Below, one piece after another: positions 1 through 8,074 of a DNA stretch of 25,359 bases. Position 1 is the first letter of the stretch, and each line of letters starts with the position of its first letter. The notes under the pieces were generated by a model. That model did not search any database, was not told the DNA's origin, and saw nothing but the letters and a program-made list of their open reading frames with translations. A program made the translations under genes and the position numbers. Source of the stretch: Patescibacteria group bacterium (GTDB taxonomy: Bacteria > Patescibacteriota > Minisyncoccia > Phycocordibacterales > DATDWN01); assembly GCA_030916785.1 (NCBI GenBank), contig JAUPVY010000001.1, forward strand, positions 1-25,359, in the 5' to 3' direction.

Positions 1-99
1 CTGTTCCGTGTCCGCCCTCGCCCCCTCCGCCGTATCCATGCAAGGTTTGTTTCGCGCGGATTCCTTTGGATTGGTATGGAGACGGAGGGGCTCGGGCGG
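1..99. repeat. GC-rich palindromic repeat, exact inverted copy of 9248-9346 (may extend before the window start)
   Basis: The reverse complement of 1-99 matches 9248-9346 base for base; identity stops at 100/9247. Confidence 0.95.
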
Positions 100-192
100 G
101 TTTCCTCTAAGGAGGAAACTGGCAGAATTCCTAGTGGTGATGTGACGCTGTGCTGTGCTACTGACATTTTAGCATGAATTGTTTCTCCGTGG

Positions 193-232
193 AGCCTAAC
201 GGCTCAAATGGCAGGAGATGAGCCGTTAGGCT
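193..232. other. Perfect 14-bp stem-loop
   Basis: AGCCTAACGGCTCA (193-206) and TGAGCCGTTAGGCT (219-232), 12-nt loop. Confidence 0.85.
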
Positions 233-287
233 TTGTTGTCTCGGGCACCGCTTTTGTTTGACGTCCGTGGGTGCACCCTCGGCATCC

Positions 288-546
288 GCCTCGGGCATTT
301 CCGCTATGGCTACGAGCGCCTAGATGCCTAGGTGTCCTGCTTATTCCTCCGCTTCGCTTCGGAATGCAGGACACCTGTTTGGGGAGAGGAAGGAATCCTC
401 TCCCCAGCTTCGGTCTCCTCCTCGCACAACCCCTCTTCTCTTTTTCATTTAAGAGATAGCGGTGTCGCTTTCGCTTCCGATTTATGTGACTTCTTTTTCG
501 GCGGCGCTCGTCAGATACCGGACGCCATAGCGGAAATGCCCGAGGC
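288..546. repeat. 259-bp element with perfect 23-bp terminal inverted repeats and nested hairpins (MITE-like or structured RNA)
   Basis: GCCTCGGGCATTTCCGCTATGGC (288-310) is the reverse complement of 524-546; inner IR 312-320/503-511; internal stems AGGTGTCCTGC/GCAGGACACCT and GGGGAGAGGA/TCCTCTCCCC. Confidence 0.75.
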
Positions 547-605
547 TACATTTTGTGTGTTTGACCCACCCGCCCATTCGCGCACACGAGTACATACTCC
601 CCATA

Positions 606-614
606 TTATCCACA
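606..614 (+). promoter_or_regulatory. Consensus DnaA box
   Basis: TTATCCACA, exact match. Confidence 0.5.
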
Positions 615-642
615 CAAAATTAATGTTGACTTTTGAATTTTG

Positions 643-651
643 TGTTATAAT
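643..651 (+). promoter_or_regulatory. Extended -10 sigma70-type promoter
   Basis: TGtTATAAT. TTGACT at 626-631 is only 14 bp upstream, so the -35 is doubtful. Confidence 0.55.
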
Positions 652-907
652 AAAGTTAACTCTCGTTTTACCGCGAGAGGGACTTATCAGCTAACTAGCA
701 AAATTATGTTAGGAAAGTTGTTAAGAGGTACCTTGAATTGCTAGGCATAGGCTGTGCCTAGACATCGTAGGTCTCAGTAAGTCAGTACGATTAGTGAACA
801 CGAAAAAGAAGTTTTGGTATCCACCAGAATTTCCTATTTTGGGAGAAAAGATTAGCCATCAGATCAAACAAAATTGTAGTGTAAAAACAATTCTTAATGA
901 CTGAAAG

Positions 908-936
908 CAAAAGTCTCCTTGGATAGGAGACTTTTG
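908..936. terminator. Intrinsic terminator, probably bidirectional
   Basis: CAAAAGTCTCCT-tggat-AGGAGACTTTTG, 12-bp stem with A/T runs, downstream of the minus-strand wHTH gene. Confidence 0.8.
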
Positions 937-991
937 TCGTTTTACCGCTACATATATTCTAGCAAATATTCTTTAAAACAATATGAAGTGC

Positions 992-1000
992 TGTGGATAA
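992..1000 (-). promoter_or_regulatory. Consensus DnaA box
   Basis: TGTGGATAA, the reverse complement of TTATCCACA. Confidence 0.5.
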
Positions 1001-1001
1001 A

Positions 1002-1595
1002 TTATATTTTTATGTAACTCACACCTTTTCCAGTTTTTCCAACTTGTTTGATTTTGTTTTCTTTTTCCAGAATTTCTAAATATCTGGTCACAGTAGCATC
1101 GGAAACATGAAGTAGCTCTACAACTTGGTCGTTAGTTATGTTTGTTCGCTTCGCGAACAAAGTCATCACACGATCTAACTTTTTTCTTTTTCGAAATTGA
1201 ATTGCTTGTTGTGCTTTTGTAAACAGTTCGCGAATTATATTTTTTGGCTGTGGGACAGAAACCGGTGTTGATTCTGGAACAATCGGCTCAACTGGTTTCT
1301 CCAACGGCTCATTTCCTGCCGATTGAGCCGTTCCAGTTTCGGGAACAGAAACCGACTCTGATTCTGGCCATATTTGCCTGTCCACCAAAGCTTCAGCAGG
1401 ATCGAGAGCCACCTGGACAGGTTCGACTATCTGGCTCTCTGGTGGATTTTGGCTCAAATTATCATCTTTGACCGGGGGCGGGGTAACTGGGCTCTTAGAG
1501 GCTTCTGGGACCCCAGAAGGCATAGTGACCTGCTCAGAAACTGTTGGATTTGAGGTATCTGGCATAGGAGTGTTTTGTGTTGTTTCGTCAGACAT
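1002..1595 (-). CDS. Protein with Pro/Glu-rich disordered N-terminus and C-terminal winged helix-turn-helix (DeoR-like HTH)
   Basis: C-terminal ITNDQVVELLHVSDATVTRYLEILEKENKIKQVGKTGKGVSY is an HTH plus wing pattern. Confidence 0.75.
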   Translation of the reverse strand: MSDETTQNTPMPDTSNPTVSEQVTMPSGVPEASKSPVTPPPVKDDNLSQNPPESQIVEPVQVALDPAEALVDRQIWPESESVSVPETGTAQSAGNEPLEKPVEPIVPESTPVSVPQPKNIIRELFTKAQQAIQFRKRKKLDRVMTLFAKRTNITNDQVVELLHVSDATVTRYLEILEKENKIKQVGKTGKGVSYIKI

Positions 1596-1611
1596 AAAAT
1601 TTTACTACTTT

Positions 1612-2403
1612 TTAGTTTATTAAACTTTTCCAATATTCTACCGCTTTATCTTTTTCTTCTTCGGTTACCGTACCTTTTATGGATGGGTTTATGATGTTTT
1701 TGTTCCACAATCCATATTCCCCATCATTAAATACAACTTTCACCAAATCGGAATAGATTTTGAATTTTTCGGAAACTGATTGAGCCTTTACGCATGACAT
1801 ATACAGATTATAAAAAGTTGGGTCGTTTACCTTTAAATATCTCATCACTTGTTTTTCACCCCTCCAAGGAATGTTTCTGAATTCAAAATATGCCATTAGA
1901 AGATTGTAAGTATCCTGCAAAAGTTTTATCTCTAAAAGCTCGTGATATTCCAGATTATCAGAATTAAAATATCTTTTGTTTGTTATATAAGCAGAATTAA
2001 TCCAAGATTCAAATTTTTTCATTTCTATATTTGGAACTTTCATTTTTGCTTTCACTTTTTGGATATCTTTTTTCAATTTTGAAAGAGTGCCAGACTTGTC
2101 AAATTCTATGTTTGCATTTTCTAGCCAGTTTATCAAAACACCATCCATCGTGTTTGCTGGAATTTCCTGATCATTCATCAATTTTTCCAATGTTTGAATA
2201 TCGTAGAAAAAGATATCGGCTGGTTTGTCATCTATAAACTGGAACAATGAAAATAGTTTTTGTGTATTTTCTTTGAAGATAACAGCTAGATCAATATCAC
2301 TATATGTTTTTTCTTCACCTATACCTTGAGAACCAACTACACACAGAGCGTCCACATTATCATTATTTTTTAAATTTTCTATTAGATTTTTTAGAGTTTG
2401 CAT
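1612..2403 (-). CDS. Pol-beta superfamily nucleotidyltransferase domain protein (263 aa; start moved to MQTLKNL)
   Basis: VVGSQ...YSDIDLAVI (GS..DxD) motif. ATG at 2403 lies 6 nt after TGtTATAAT, and the longer ORF-track start overlaps the next gene. Confidence 0.8.
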   Translation of the reverse strand: MQTLKNLIENLKNNDNVDALCVVGSQGIGEEKTYSDIDLAVIFKENTQKLFSLFQFIDDKPADIFFYDIQTLEKLMNDQEIPANTMDGVLINWLENANIEFDKSGTLSKLKKDIQKVKAKMKVPNIEMKKFESWINSAYITNKRYFNSDNLEYHELLEIKLLQDTYNLLMAYFEFRNIPWRGEKQVMRYLKVNDPTFYNLYMSCVKAQSVSEKFKIYSDLVKVVFNDGEYGLWNKNIINPSIKGTVTEEEKDKAVEYWKSLIN

Positions 2404-2459
2404 AGGTTGATTATAACAGAATAAGTTATTCTTTGTTATAAAATAAAAAGCTACTACCC

Positions 2460-2489
2460 TTGACAGATTAAAGTTTATGTGTATATAAT
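2460..2489 (+). promoter_or_regulatory. sigma70 promoter of the lipoprotein gene
   Basis: TTGACA-18 bp-TATAAT; SD GAGGAGG just before ATG 2528. Confidence 0.7.
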
Positions 2490-2527
2490 ATACCCGGTAG
2501 TACCAAAACACATTTAGAGGAGGCGCC

Positions 2528-3217
2528 ATGCGCAATAAGCTGACCATCATGTTTCTGACTGCATTTCTCGTCGTTTTGACGGCGTGCAGTTCAACCAAGC
2601 AGGTTTCCGACAACAAGAAGATGTCGCCCATCGTGGACGACGCTAAGACCCAGAAGGTCAACGAGTTGCGGAGTCGCTTCGAGACCCTAACCACCAACAA
2701 GTCCATGATCGCCAACGCGGCGATGCTTGGCGACACAGTCGACGGCCCATGCACGCTCTACTATGAGTGGCAGTCGCTCAACACCGTAAAGGCCGCATAC
2801 GACAAGCTGGAATACGGGTTGACCGATTTCTCCGCTAACCTCAACGAGGCGGTGAAGACGGCGGCTCAAAAGGCCACGACTGCGGCGTACGAGCGGATGA
2901 AGAACGGCAAGACTCTTTCCTGCAAGGGATTGACGAATGACCGGCTTACTCTGTTCGGCAACATTGCCAAGCTCATGGACGAGTATGGCAGGCCGGCTGA
3001 CACGGAGGCGTTCGACCCAGCAATTCTGCGGGCTGCCTGTCTTCGGGAGATCAAGCCCGAAGTCCAGGAAATCCTGGCGACAATCAAGAAGTACGACGCC
3101 AACAGTGACACACTCGGCTGGCTCGCGAACTATGTCGAGAGCGTCAAGACCACCTGGCACTTCACTCCCGAGGAGATCGGGGTGCCCAAGGCTCTGATCA
3201 CTCGCCTCGACCTCTGA
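2528..3217 (+). CDS. Hypothetical lipoprotein, largely alpha-helical, GC-rich codon usage
   Basis: Signal peptide with lipobox LTAC, strong SD, C/G-rich third codon positions. Confidence 0.75.
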   Translation: MRNKLTIMFLTAFLVVLTACSSTKQVSDNKKMSPIVDDAKTQKVNELRSRFETLTTNKSMIANAAMLGDTVDGPCTLYYEWQSLNTVKAAYDKLEYGLTDFSANLNEAVKTAAQKATTAAYERMKNGKTLSCKGLTNDRLTLFGNIAKLMDEYGRPADTEAFDPAILRAACLREIKPEVQEILATIKKYDANSDTLGWLANYVESVKTTWHFTPEEIGVPKALITRLDL

Positions 3218-3243
3218 ATCGCCGTCTGCAAGGACGTCCAATT

Positions 3244-3268
3244 GGGGAACAGTTAATTTCTGTTCCCC
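3244..3268. terminator. Stem-loop after the lipoprotein gene (weak terminator or processing site)
   Basis: GGGGAACAG-7 nt-CTGTTCCCC; no strong U-tract follows. Confidence 0.5.
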
Positions 3269-3273
3269 AGGAT

Positions 3274-3302
3274 TTGAACTCGGCAAACGGTTTTGGTAAA
3301 AT
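3274..3302 (+). promoter_or_regulatory. sigma70 promoter upstream of two peptide genes
   Basis: TTGAAC-17 bp-TAAAAT with an extended TG. Confidence 0.65.
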
Positions 3303-3326
3303 TGTAACCAGACAAAGGAGGGTATC

Positions 3327-3431
3327 ATGGGACAATTCGGTTCCAAGGGCGGATTGCAGAGAATGGTTCCGCTCAAGACCAATCGCAAAAAGGATGCCGA
3401 TAAAAAGGCACCCGAGAAGGTCATCAAGTAG
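3327..3431 (+). CDS. 34-aa basic peptide MGQFGSKGGLQRMVPLKTNRKKDADKKAPEKVIK (not in the ORF track)
   Basis: Hand-translated; SD AAAGGAGG 5 nt before ATG; N-terminal motif shared with the next ORF. Confidence 0.7.
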   Translation: MGQFGSKGGLQRMVPLKTNRKKDADKKAPEKVIK

Positions 3432-3440
3432 GAGGACCAC

Positions 3441-3557
3441 ATGGCAGGCTTCGGTTCGCGTGGTGGTTTCCGAAAAGTCGGAGTATCCACTCCGAAACAA
3501 GTCCAGCCCCCAAAACCCGTGCCACAAGCACCGACTACTACCAAACCGAAGTCGTAA
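3441..3557 (+). CDS. 38-aa basic Pro-rich peptide MAGFGSRGGFRKVGVSTPKQVQPPKPVPQAPTTTKPKS (not in the ORF track)
   Basis: Hand-translated; SD AGGAGG overlaps the previous stop codon; tandem TAA TAA stop. Confidence 0.7.
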   Translation: MAGFGSRGGFRKVGVSTPKQVQPPKPVPQAPTTTKPKS

Positions 3558-3593
3558 TAAATCGGTTTAATCCTCAAGAAAGGAGGTAAAAAC

Positions 3594-3624
3594 GGCTCGC
3601 ACTACGGTGTGAGCCTTTCGTTTT
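3594..3624. terminator. Terminator between the peptide genes and the convergent LIV operon
   Basis: GGCTCGCAC-TACG-GTGTGAGCC stem with a UNCG-type loop, followed by TTTCGTTTT. Confidence 0.75.
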
Positions 3625-4345
3625 ATATATTTCCCAAAAATACTTTTTCCAAAATACCGGAATCCATTAAATTTTTTGGTATTCCTTCTGCTACAATGTT
3701 TCCTTTGTCTAAAACATATGTTCTATGAGCAATTTCGTTCACTGATTTCAGATTGTGCTCAACTATCACTATTGATGTTTTTCTCGCTTCGTTTATATGA
3801 CGAATCTTTTCAAAAACTTCTTTAACTATTTTTGGTGCAAGTCCGATTGACGGTTCATCGAGTAGCAAAACTTTCGGATCAGTCATCATGCCTCGGGCAA
3901 TGGCAAGCATTTGCTGCTGGCCGCCGGATAGGTGTCCAGATAATTCTTTCATTTTTGATTTGAGTATAGGAAACAAATCCAATACTTCAGCAATCCTTTC
4001 TTTTATTTCATTCCTTGATTCCACTGTGTATGCTCCAATTTCTAGATTTTCTTTAACTGTTAGACTTGAAAAAACTCGTCTGCCTTGTGGTACATATGAA
4101 ATTCCTCTACCTATCATTTCTCGAGTCTCAGGTAGTATTTCTTTTTCATGCCAAAACACTTTACCAGATTCGATTGGAATAAGTCCAAAAACAGCTTTCA
4201 GTATTGTAGATTTTCCTGCACCATTTGGTCCCATAAGCGCTACAATCTCACCCTCGTCAATATACAAAGAAATACCGTGTAAAACTTTTAGACTTCCATA
4301 ACTGACATGCAAATTATTCAGTTGTAATAATTTTTCTTTGTCCAT
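3623..4345 (-). CDS. livF: Branched-chain amino acid ABC transporter ATP-binding protein (LivF-like)
   Basis: Walker A GPNGAGKST, signature LSGGQQQML, Walker B LLLDEP; operon context. Confidence 0.9.
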   Translation of the reverse strand: MDKEKLLQLNNLHVSYGSLKVLHGISLYIDEGEIVALMGPNGAGKSTILKAVFGLIPIESGKVFWHEKEILPETREMIGRGISYVPQGRRVFSSLTVKENLEIGAYTVESRNEIKERIAEVLDLFPILKSKMKELSGHLSGGQQQMLAIARGMMTDPKVLLLDEPSIGLAPKIVKEVFEKIRHINEARKTSIVIVEHNLKSVNEIAHRTYVLDKGNIVAEGIPKNLMDSGILEKVFLGNI

Positions 4346-4356
4346 TTTTGATATTT

Positions 4357-5109
4357 TTATTCGCCCAAGTATGCGTCCATTACTTCTCTTTTTGATAATA
4401 CATCACTTGGAATGCCTCCAGCTAACAACTTTCCGTTGTCTAAAACAATTATATGATCACAAAGTTCACGAATAATATCTATGTTGTGTTCTACAAGAAT
4501 AACAGTTTTTCCTTGTTCTTTTAGGTGTCGGATTACCCCAATAACAATTTTTCTCATTTCCGGAAAAAGTCCGGCAAATGGCTCGTCCAAAAAGAAAATA
4601 TCACTGTCATCGCCGAAGCCATTGGACATTGCCAACATTCTTCCAACTTCCAGTAGTTTTCGCTGACCATATGATAAATTTTTTGCTAAATCATTTCTTT
4701 TTTTCCACAAGTCAACTTTTTTCAAAACTTCTTCTGCTCTTTCCAAGTGGAATTTTTTGTGTGTTTCAAATAGAGAAGAAAAAACATTTCTTTTTGTTAG
4801 AACAACAAGAATATTATCAATAACCAGCATTTGTTCAAACAATCTGACTTCTTGAAATGTTCGCGTAATGCCATAATCAGAAACTTCGTGCGGTAAAATT
4901 TTTATGACTTCTTCTTTAGAAGAAATAACAACAGAGCCGGCGTTAATTTGAATAACACCTGTAAGTAAATTTATGAGTGTTGATTTTCCTGATCCATTTG
5001 GTCCGATAAGTCCAGTGATTTTTCCTTTTTCAAAACTAACAGAAAGTCCATCAACAGCATATACTCCGTCAAAATGTTTCGTTATTTTTTTGGTTTCTAG
5101 AATATTCAC
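4357..5109 (-). CDS. livG: Branched-chain amino acid ABC transporter ATP-binding protein (LivG-like), GTG start
   Basis: GPNGSGKST, GITRTFQEVRLF, LSYGQRKLLE, FLDEP. Confidence 0.9.
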   Translation of the reverse strand: MNILETKKITKHFDGVYAVDGLSVSFEKGKITGLIGPNGSGKSTLINLLTGVIQINAGSVVISSKEEVIKILPHEVSDYGITRTFQEVRLFEQMLVIDNILVVLTKRNVFSSLFETHKKFHLERAEEVLKKVDLWKKRNDLAKNLSYGQRKLLEVGRMLAMSNGFGDDSDIFFLDEPFAGLFPEMRKIVIGVIRHLKEQGKTVILVEHNIDIIRELCDHIIVLDNGKLLAGGIPSDVLSKREVMDAYLGE

Positions 5110-5111
5110 AT

Positions 5112-6242
5112 TTATTTAATCTCAACAAACTGATTATTTGTAATTGTTTTCATTATAAATGTCACATCTTGAAGTTGTCCTTGTGGACTAAATGATAAAT
5201 CTTTTGATCCAACTCCTGGGACATTGACTCTATTTAATGCGTCTCGAATTTCTGTACCAGTTCTTGCACCACCTTTCAAAACCTCAAATAACATTGTTGC
5301 GGCGTTATACGCATTCACGAATGATGGTCCCTGAGAAGCACCAGCGCCATATTTAGATTTTAAACGATCAACAAGCGCATTATATGATGAGTCTTGTCCA
5401 TATGATGGAAAAGCATAGAGAATACCATCAAATGCATTTGGAAATTTAGTTATGTTGTCTGTATTTTCAGCATCAGGGGTTGTATACACTTTTATATTCA
5501 CATTCTGCTCTTTGAGTTGCTTCATAAAAGGCCCCATAGTTGATGTATCAGTCACCTGAATAAAAACCGCTTCTGGTCTATTTGATTTAATTTTTGCAAT
5601 AATAGTACGAAAATCCTTTACTCCAACGGGAAACATTTCTCTGGATACTACTGAAATTTTTCCATTAGCTTCTATATTTTTTTTAAGACTATCAGTAATT
5701 TCTATATCAAAAGGATCTTGGTCATTAACAATAGCTAAGCGTTTTATATCAGATAAATTCATATGATCTATAAGAGTATTTATCTCGGAAGTTTGTGGCC
5801 ACCATGTTGAGAAAAAATAAGTAAATTTCTCCTTATTTTTTAGAGTTTCAATTGCAGCACTTGGACTTATCATTGCTATTCCTTTTTGCTCAGCGATAGG
5901 CATTCCACCCTGATAACTATCGCCCCATGTTGGACCAATTATTGCCTGAACATGATCTATTTCAATTAATTTTTTTACTGCAGAAACCGTGCCAACATCA
6001 TTGCCTTTTGTATTTTCTATAATCAATTCAACCGGCTGACTAATTTTATCTTTATACTGATCGAGTGCTAATTGAACCGCCTTAACCTCTCCCTCTCCCC
6101 AATTTGCAGCATATCCACTTAAATCAACAGCTACTCCAATTTTTATTATACTTGTATCTTTTGGGGTTTTATTTTTTGTAATAATAAAAATAAGACCTAT
6201 TAATACTACTATCACTATAATTATGTAAATTATTTTTTTCAT
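5112..6242 (-). CDS. livK: LivK/LivJ-type ABC substrate-binding protein (copy 2)
   Basis: N-terminal membrane anchor, IKIGVAVDLSG and AIIGPTW periplasmic-binding-protein class I patterns. Confidence 0.8.
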   Translation of the reverse strand: MKKIIYIIIVIVVLIGLIFIITKNKTPKDTSIIKIGVAVDLSGYAANWGEGEVKAVQLALDQYKDKISQPVELIIENTKGNDVGTVSAVKKLIEIDHVQAIIGPTWGDSYQGGMPIAEQKGIAMISPSAAIETLKNKEKFTYFFSTWWPQTSEINTLIDHMNLSDIKRLAIVNDQDPFDIEITDSLKKNIEANGKISVVSREMFPVGVKDFRTIIAKIKSNRPEAVFIQVTDTSTMGPFMKQLKEQNVNIKVYTTPDAENTDNITKFPNAFDGILYAFPSYGQDSSYNALVDRLKSKYGAGASQGPSFVNAYNAATMLFEVLKGGARTGTEIRDALNRVNVPGVGSKDLSFSPQGQLQDVTFIMKTITNNQFVEIK

Positions 6243-6252
6243 GTTGTTTTAG

Positions 6253-7119
6253 TTATAATTTATATTCTCCCAACAAACCTTGTGGTCTATAAAGCATTAA
6301 TAATATCAAAATCAAACCATAAGTCACTTGTCGCATTTGAGCGGCAATATCACTTGGGAAACCAACAAAACGCAATGCCTCTGGCAAAATCACCAGACAA
6401 ACCACCCCTAAAACAACACCTTTGTTATTTGCCAGTCCACCGAGAATTATAATTGCCAAAATGAAAATGGATTCTGACAGTGCGAAGCTGGTGGGATCAA
6501 CATATGTAATATACGAAGCAAAAAGTGCTCCTGCAATAGAGGCAATCATCGCTCCAATGGCAAAAATAGTAAGTTTAAAAAATAATGTATTATACCCAAA
6601 AACTTCAATTGCTTTTTCATCCTCTCTTATAGCCTTAAGCACTCGCCCAAAAGATGAATTGGTTATAAATCGCGAAGTAAAATACACAGCTAATGCAAAA
6701 ATGATTACAAGAATAAGAAAAATTATATTTTCACCGAAATCCAATCCGAATAGTGATGGTTTTGAAATACCAGGAATACCAAGTGGTCCGCGAGTCAAAG
6801 ATTGCCAATTCAAAAATATGCTGTAAACAATAATATTAAAACCAAACGAACCGAGAGCAAAATAATCACCGTCAAATTTTGAAAGTACATAACCAATAGC
6901 AAGACTTACTACTCCAGTAATAATCATTCCAACAATAATAGAAAGAAAAAAATTCATCCCGAACGAAGTCAAAAGTATTGCTGTTGCATACGCACCAATA
7001 CCATAGAATGCCGCTTGTGTTATAGAAAGCAATCCTGTATATCCGACAATCAAATTAAGTGATAGTGCGAGTATAGAGTAAATTCCTATAAGGATCGCAA
7101 TATGTATTAAATAATCCAT
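6253..7119 (-). CDS. livM: Branched-chain amino acid ABC permease (LivM-like)
   Basis: SLNLIVGYTGLLS, GDYFAL, FGRVLKAIREDE, IILGG; multiple TM segments. Confidence 0.9.
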   Translation of the reverse strand: MDYLIHIAILIGIYSILALSLNLIVGYTGLLSITQAAFYGIGAYATAILLTSFGMNFFLSIIVGMIITGVVSLAIGYVLSKFDGDYFALGSFGFNIIVYSIFLNWQSLTRGPLGIPGISKPSLFGLDFGENIIFLILVIIFALAVYFTSRFITNSSFGRVLKAIREDEKAIEVFGYNTLFFKLTIFAIGAMIASIAGALFASYITYVDPTSFALSESIFILAIIILGGLANNKGVVLGVVCLVILPEALRFVGFPSDIAAQMRQVTYGLILILLMLYRPQGLLGEYKL

Positions 7120-7120
7120 A

Positions 7121-7990
7121 TTATTGTTTTTTACCTAAAATTCCATTTGGACGAAACAACAGAAAGACAATGAGTACACTAAATGAAATTGCATCTTTCC
7201 ACTCTCCTGAGATTTTCCAAATTCCAAAATTTTCAATAAAACCGAGTAAAAATGATCCGAGTACACCCCCATAAATATTCCCAACACCGCCAATAATAGA
7301 AGCAATTACCCCTTTCAGTAGAAGTGAAAATCCCATTATTGGTTCAATACCAGTATCAAAGCCGACAAGTACTCCTGCCAGTCCAGCAATACATGACCCT
7401 ATAAAAAATACTTTGCTTATTATTCCGTCAGTATTTATACCAACCATCTTTGCTACTTCTGCATCATCTGAAACTGCTTTTATTGCTTTACCAAATTTTG
7501 TAAATCGTAAAGTCAAAACCAGAACAAACATGATTACAATACTAAGTGTAAGTGCTATGAGTTGAACCCCTGTAATTACTCCACCAAAAATTTGAAATGT
7601 TTGTGTATTTATTGTTGCAGGAAAAACTTGAAACTGACTTGAAAATAGAATTGCAATTATTGCCTGAAGTGTAGTCATAACACCGAGAGCAGCAACCATA
7701 AAAACCATACTCGATGCTTTTCTAGCTCGTAGTTTTTTATAAACTATTTTTTCAATTAGATAACCAACAAATCCAGCAACCAAAACTCCTAGAATAATGC
7801 TGATATAAATATTAAATCCAAGAGTACTTGAAAAATAAAAAACAGCGTATCCGCCAATTGCGGTAAGTACGCCATATCCCAGATCAAAAAATTTTGCAGT
7901 ACCGTAGATGAGATTAAAACCGAGAGCAACCATCGAATAAATAGCACCGGCAATAATACTATTCACAATGAGTTGTGGGACGATTTCCAT
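7121..7990 (-). CDS. livH: Branched-chain amino acid ABC permease (LivH-like)
   Basis: GAIYSMVALGFNLIYG, TKFGKAIKAVSDD, SIIGGVGN; multiple TM segments. Confidence 0.9.
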   Translation of the reverse strand: MEIVPQLIVNSIIAGAIYSMVALGFNLIYGTAKFFDLGYGVLTAIGGYAVFYFSSTLGFNIYISIILGVLVAGFVGYLIEKIVYKKLRARKASSMVFMVAALGVMTTLQAIIAILFSSQFQVFPATINTQTFQIFGGVITGVQLIALTLSIVIMFVLVLTLRFTKFGKAIKAVSDDAEVAKMVGINTDGIISKVFFIGSCIAGLAGVLVGFDTGIEPIMGFSLLLKGVIASIIGGVGNIYGGVLGSFLLGFIENFGIWKISGEWKDAISFSVLIVFLLFRPNGILGKKQ

Positions 7991-8028
7991 TACTTAAATA
8001 TAACAAAACTAGCCATTTTCCTCAACAT

Positions 8029-8049
8029 AAAAACCCGCCCGAGGCGAGT
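8029..8049 (-). terminator. Intrinsic terminator after the first livK
   Basis: The minus strand reads ACTCGCC-TCG-GGCGGGT then a T run. Confidence 0.7.
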
Positions 8050-8074
8050 CTTTATGTTTCAAATTTATTAAATT

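Noticed and set aside
392-408. GAATCCTCTCCCCAGC resembling a tRNA 3' end or att site
   Set aside because: No D-arm, anticodon arm or TTCG T-loop; it is explained as one arm of a local hairpin.
288-546. Retron msr-msd or RNase P/tmRNA/SRP identity
   Set aside because: No reverse transcriptase in the window, and I found none of the conserved motifs of these RNAs.
271-694. ORFs 271-459 and 332-694
   Set aside because: They are translations of hairpin-rich repeat DNA with no SD, promoter or recognisable motif.
1002-2403. MNT-HEPN or AbiE toxin-antitoxin call
   Set aside because: No HEPN RxxxxH partner, and the protein sizes and order do not fit well.
2404-2754. N-terminal extension of the nucleotidyltransferase ORF
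   Set aside because: It overlaps the divergent lipoprotein gene and both promoters; the true start is probably 2403.
2687-3577. 296-aa minus-strand ORF and other overlapping ORFs (2866, 2937, 3198, 3274)
   Set aside because: Shadow frames of GC-rich coding DNA; the plus-strand genes carry the promoter, SD and lipobox signals.
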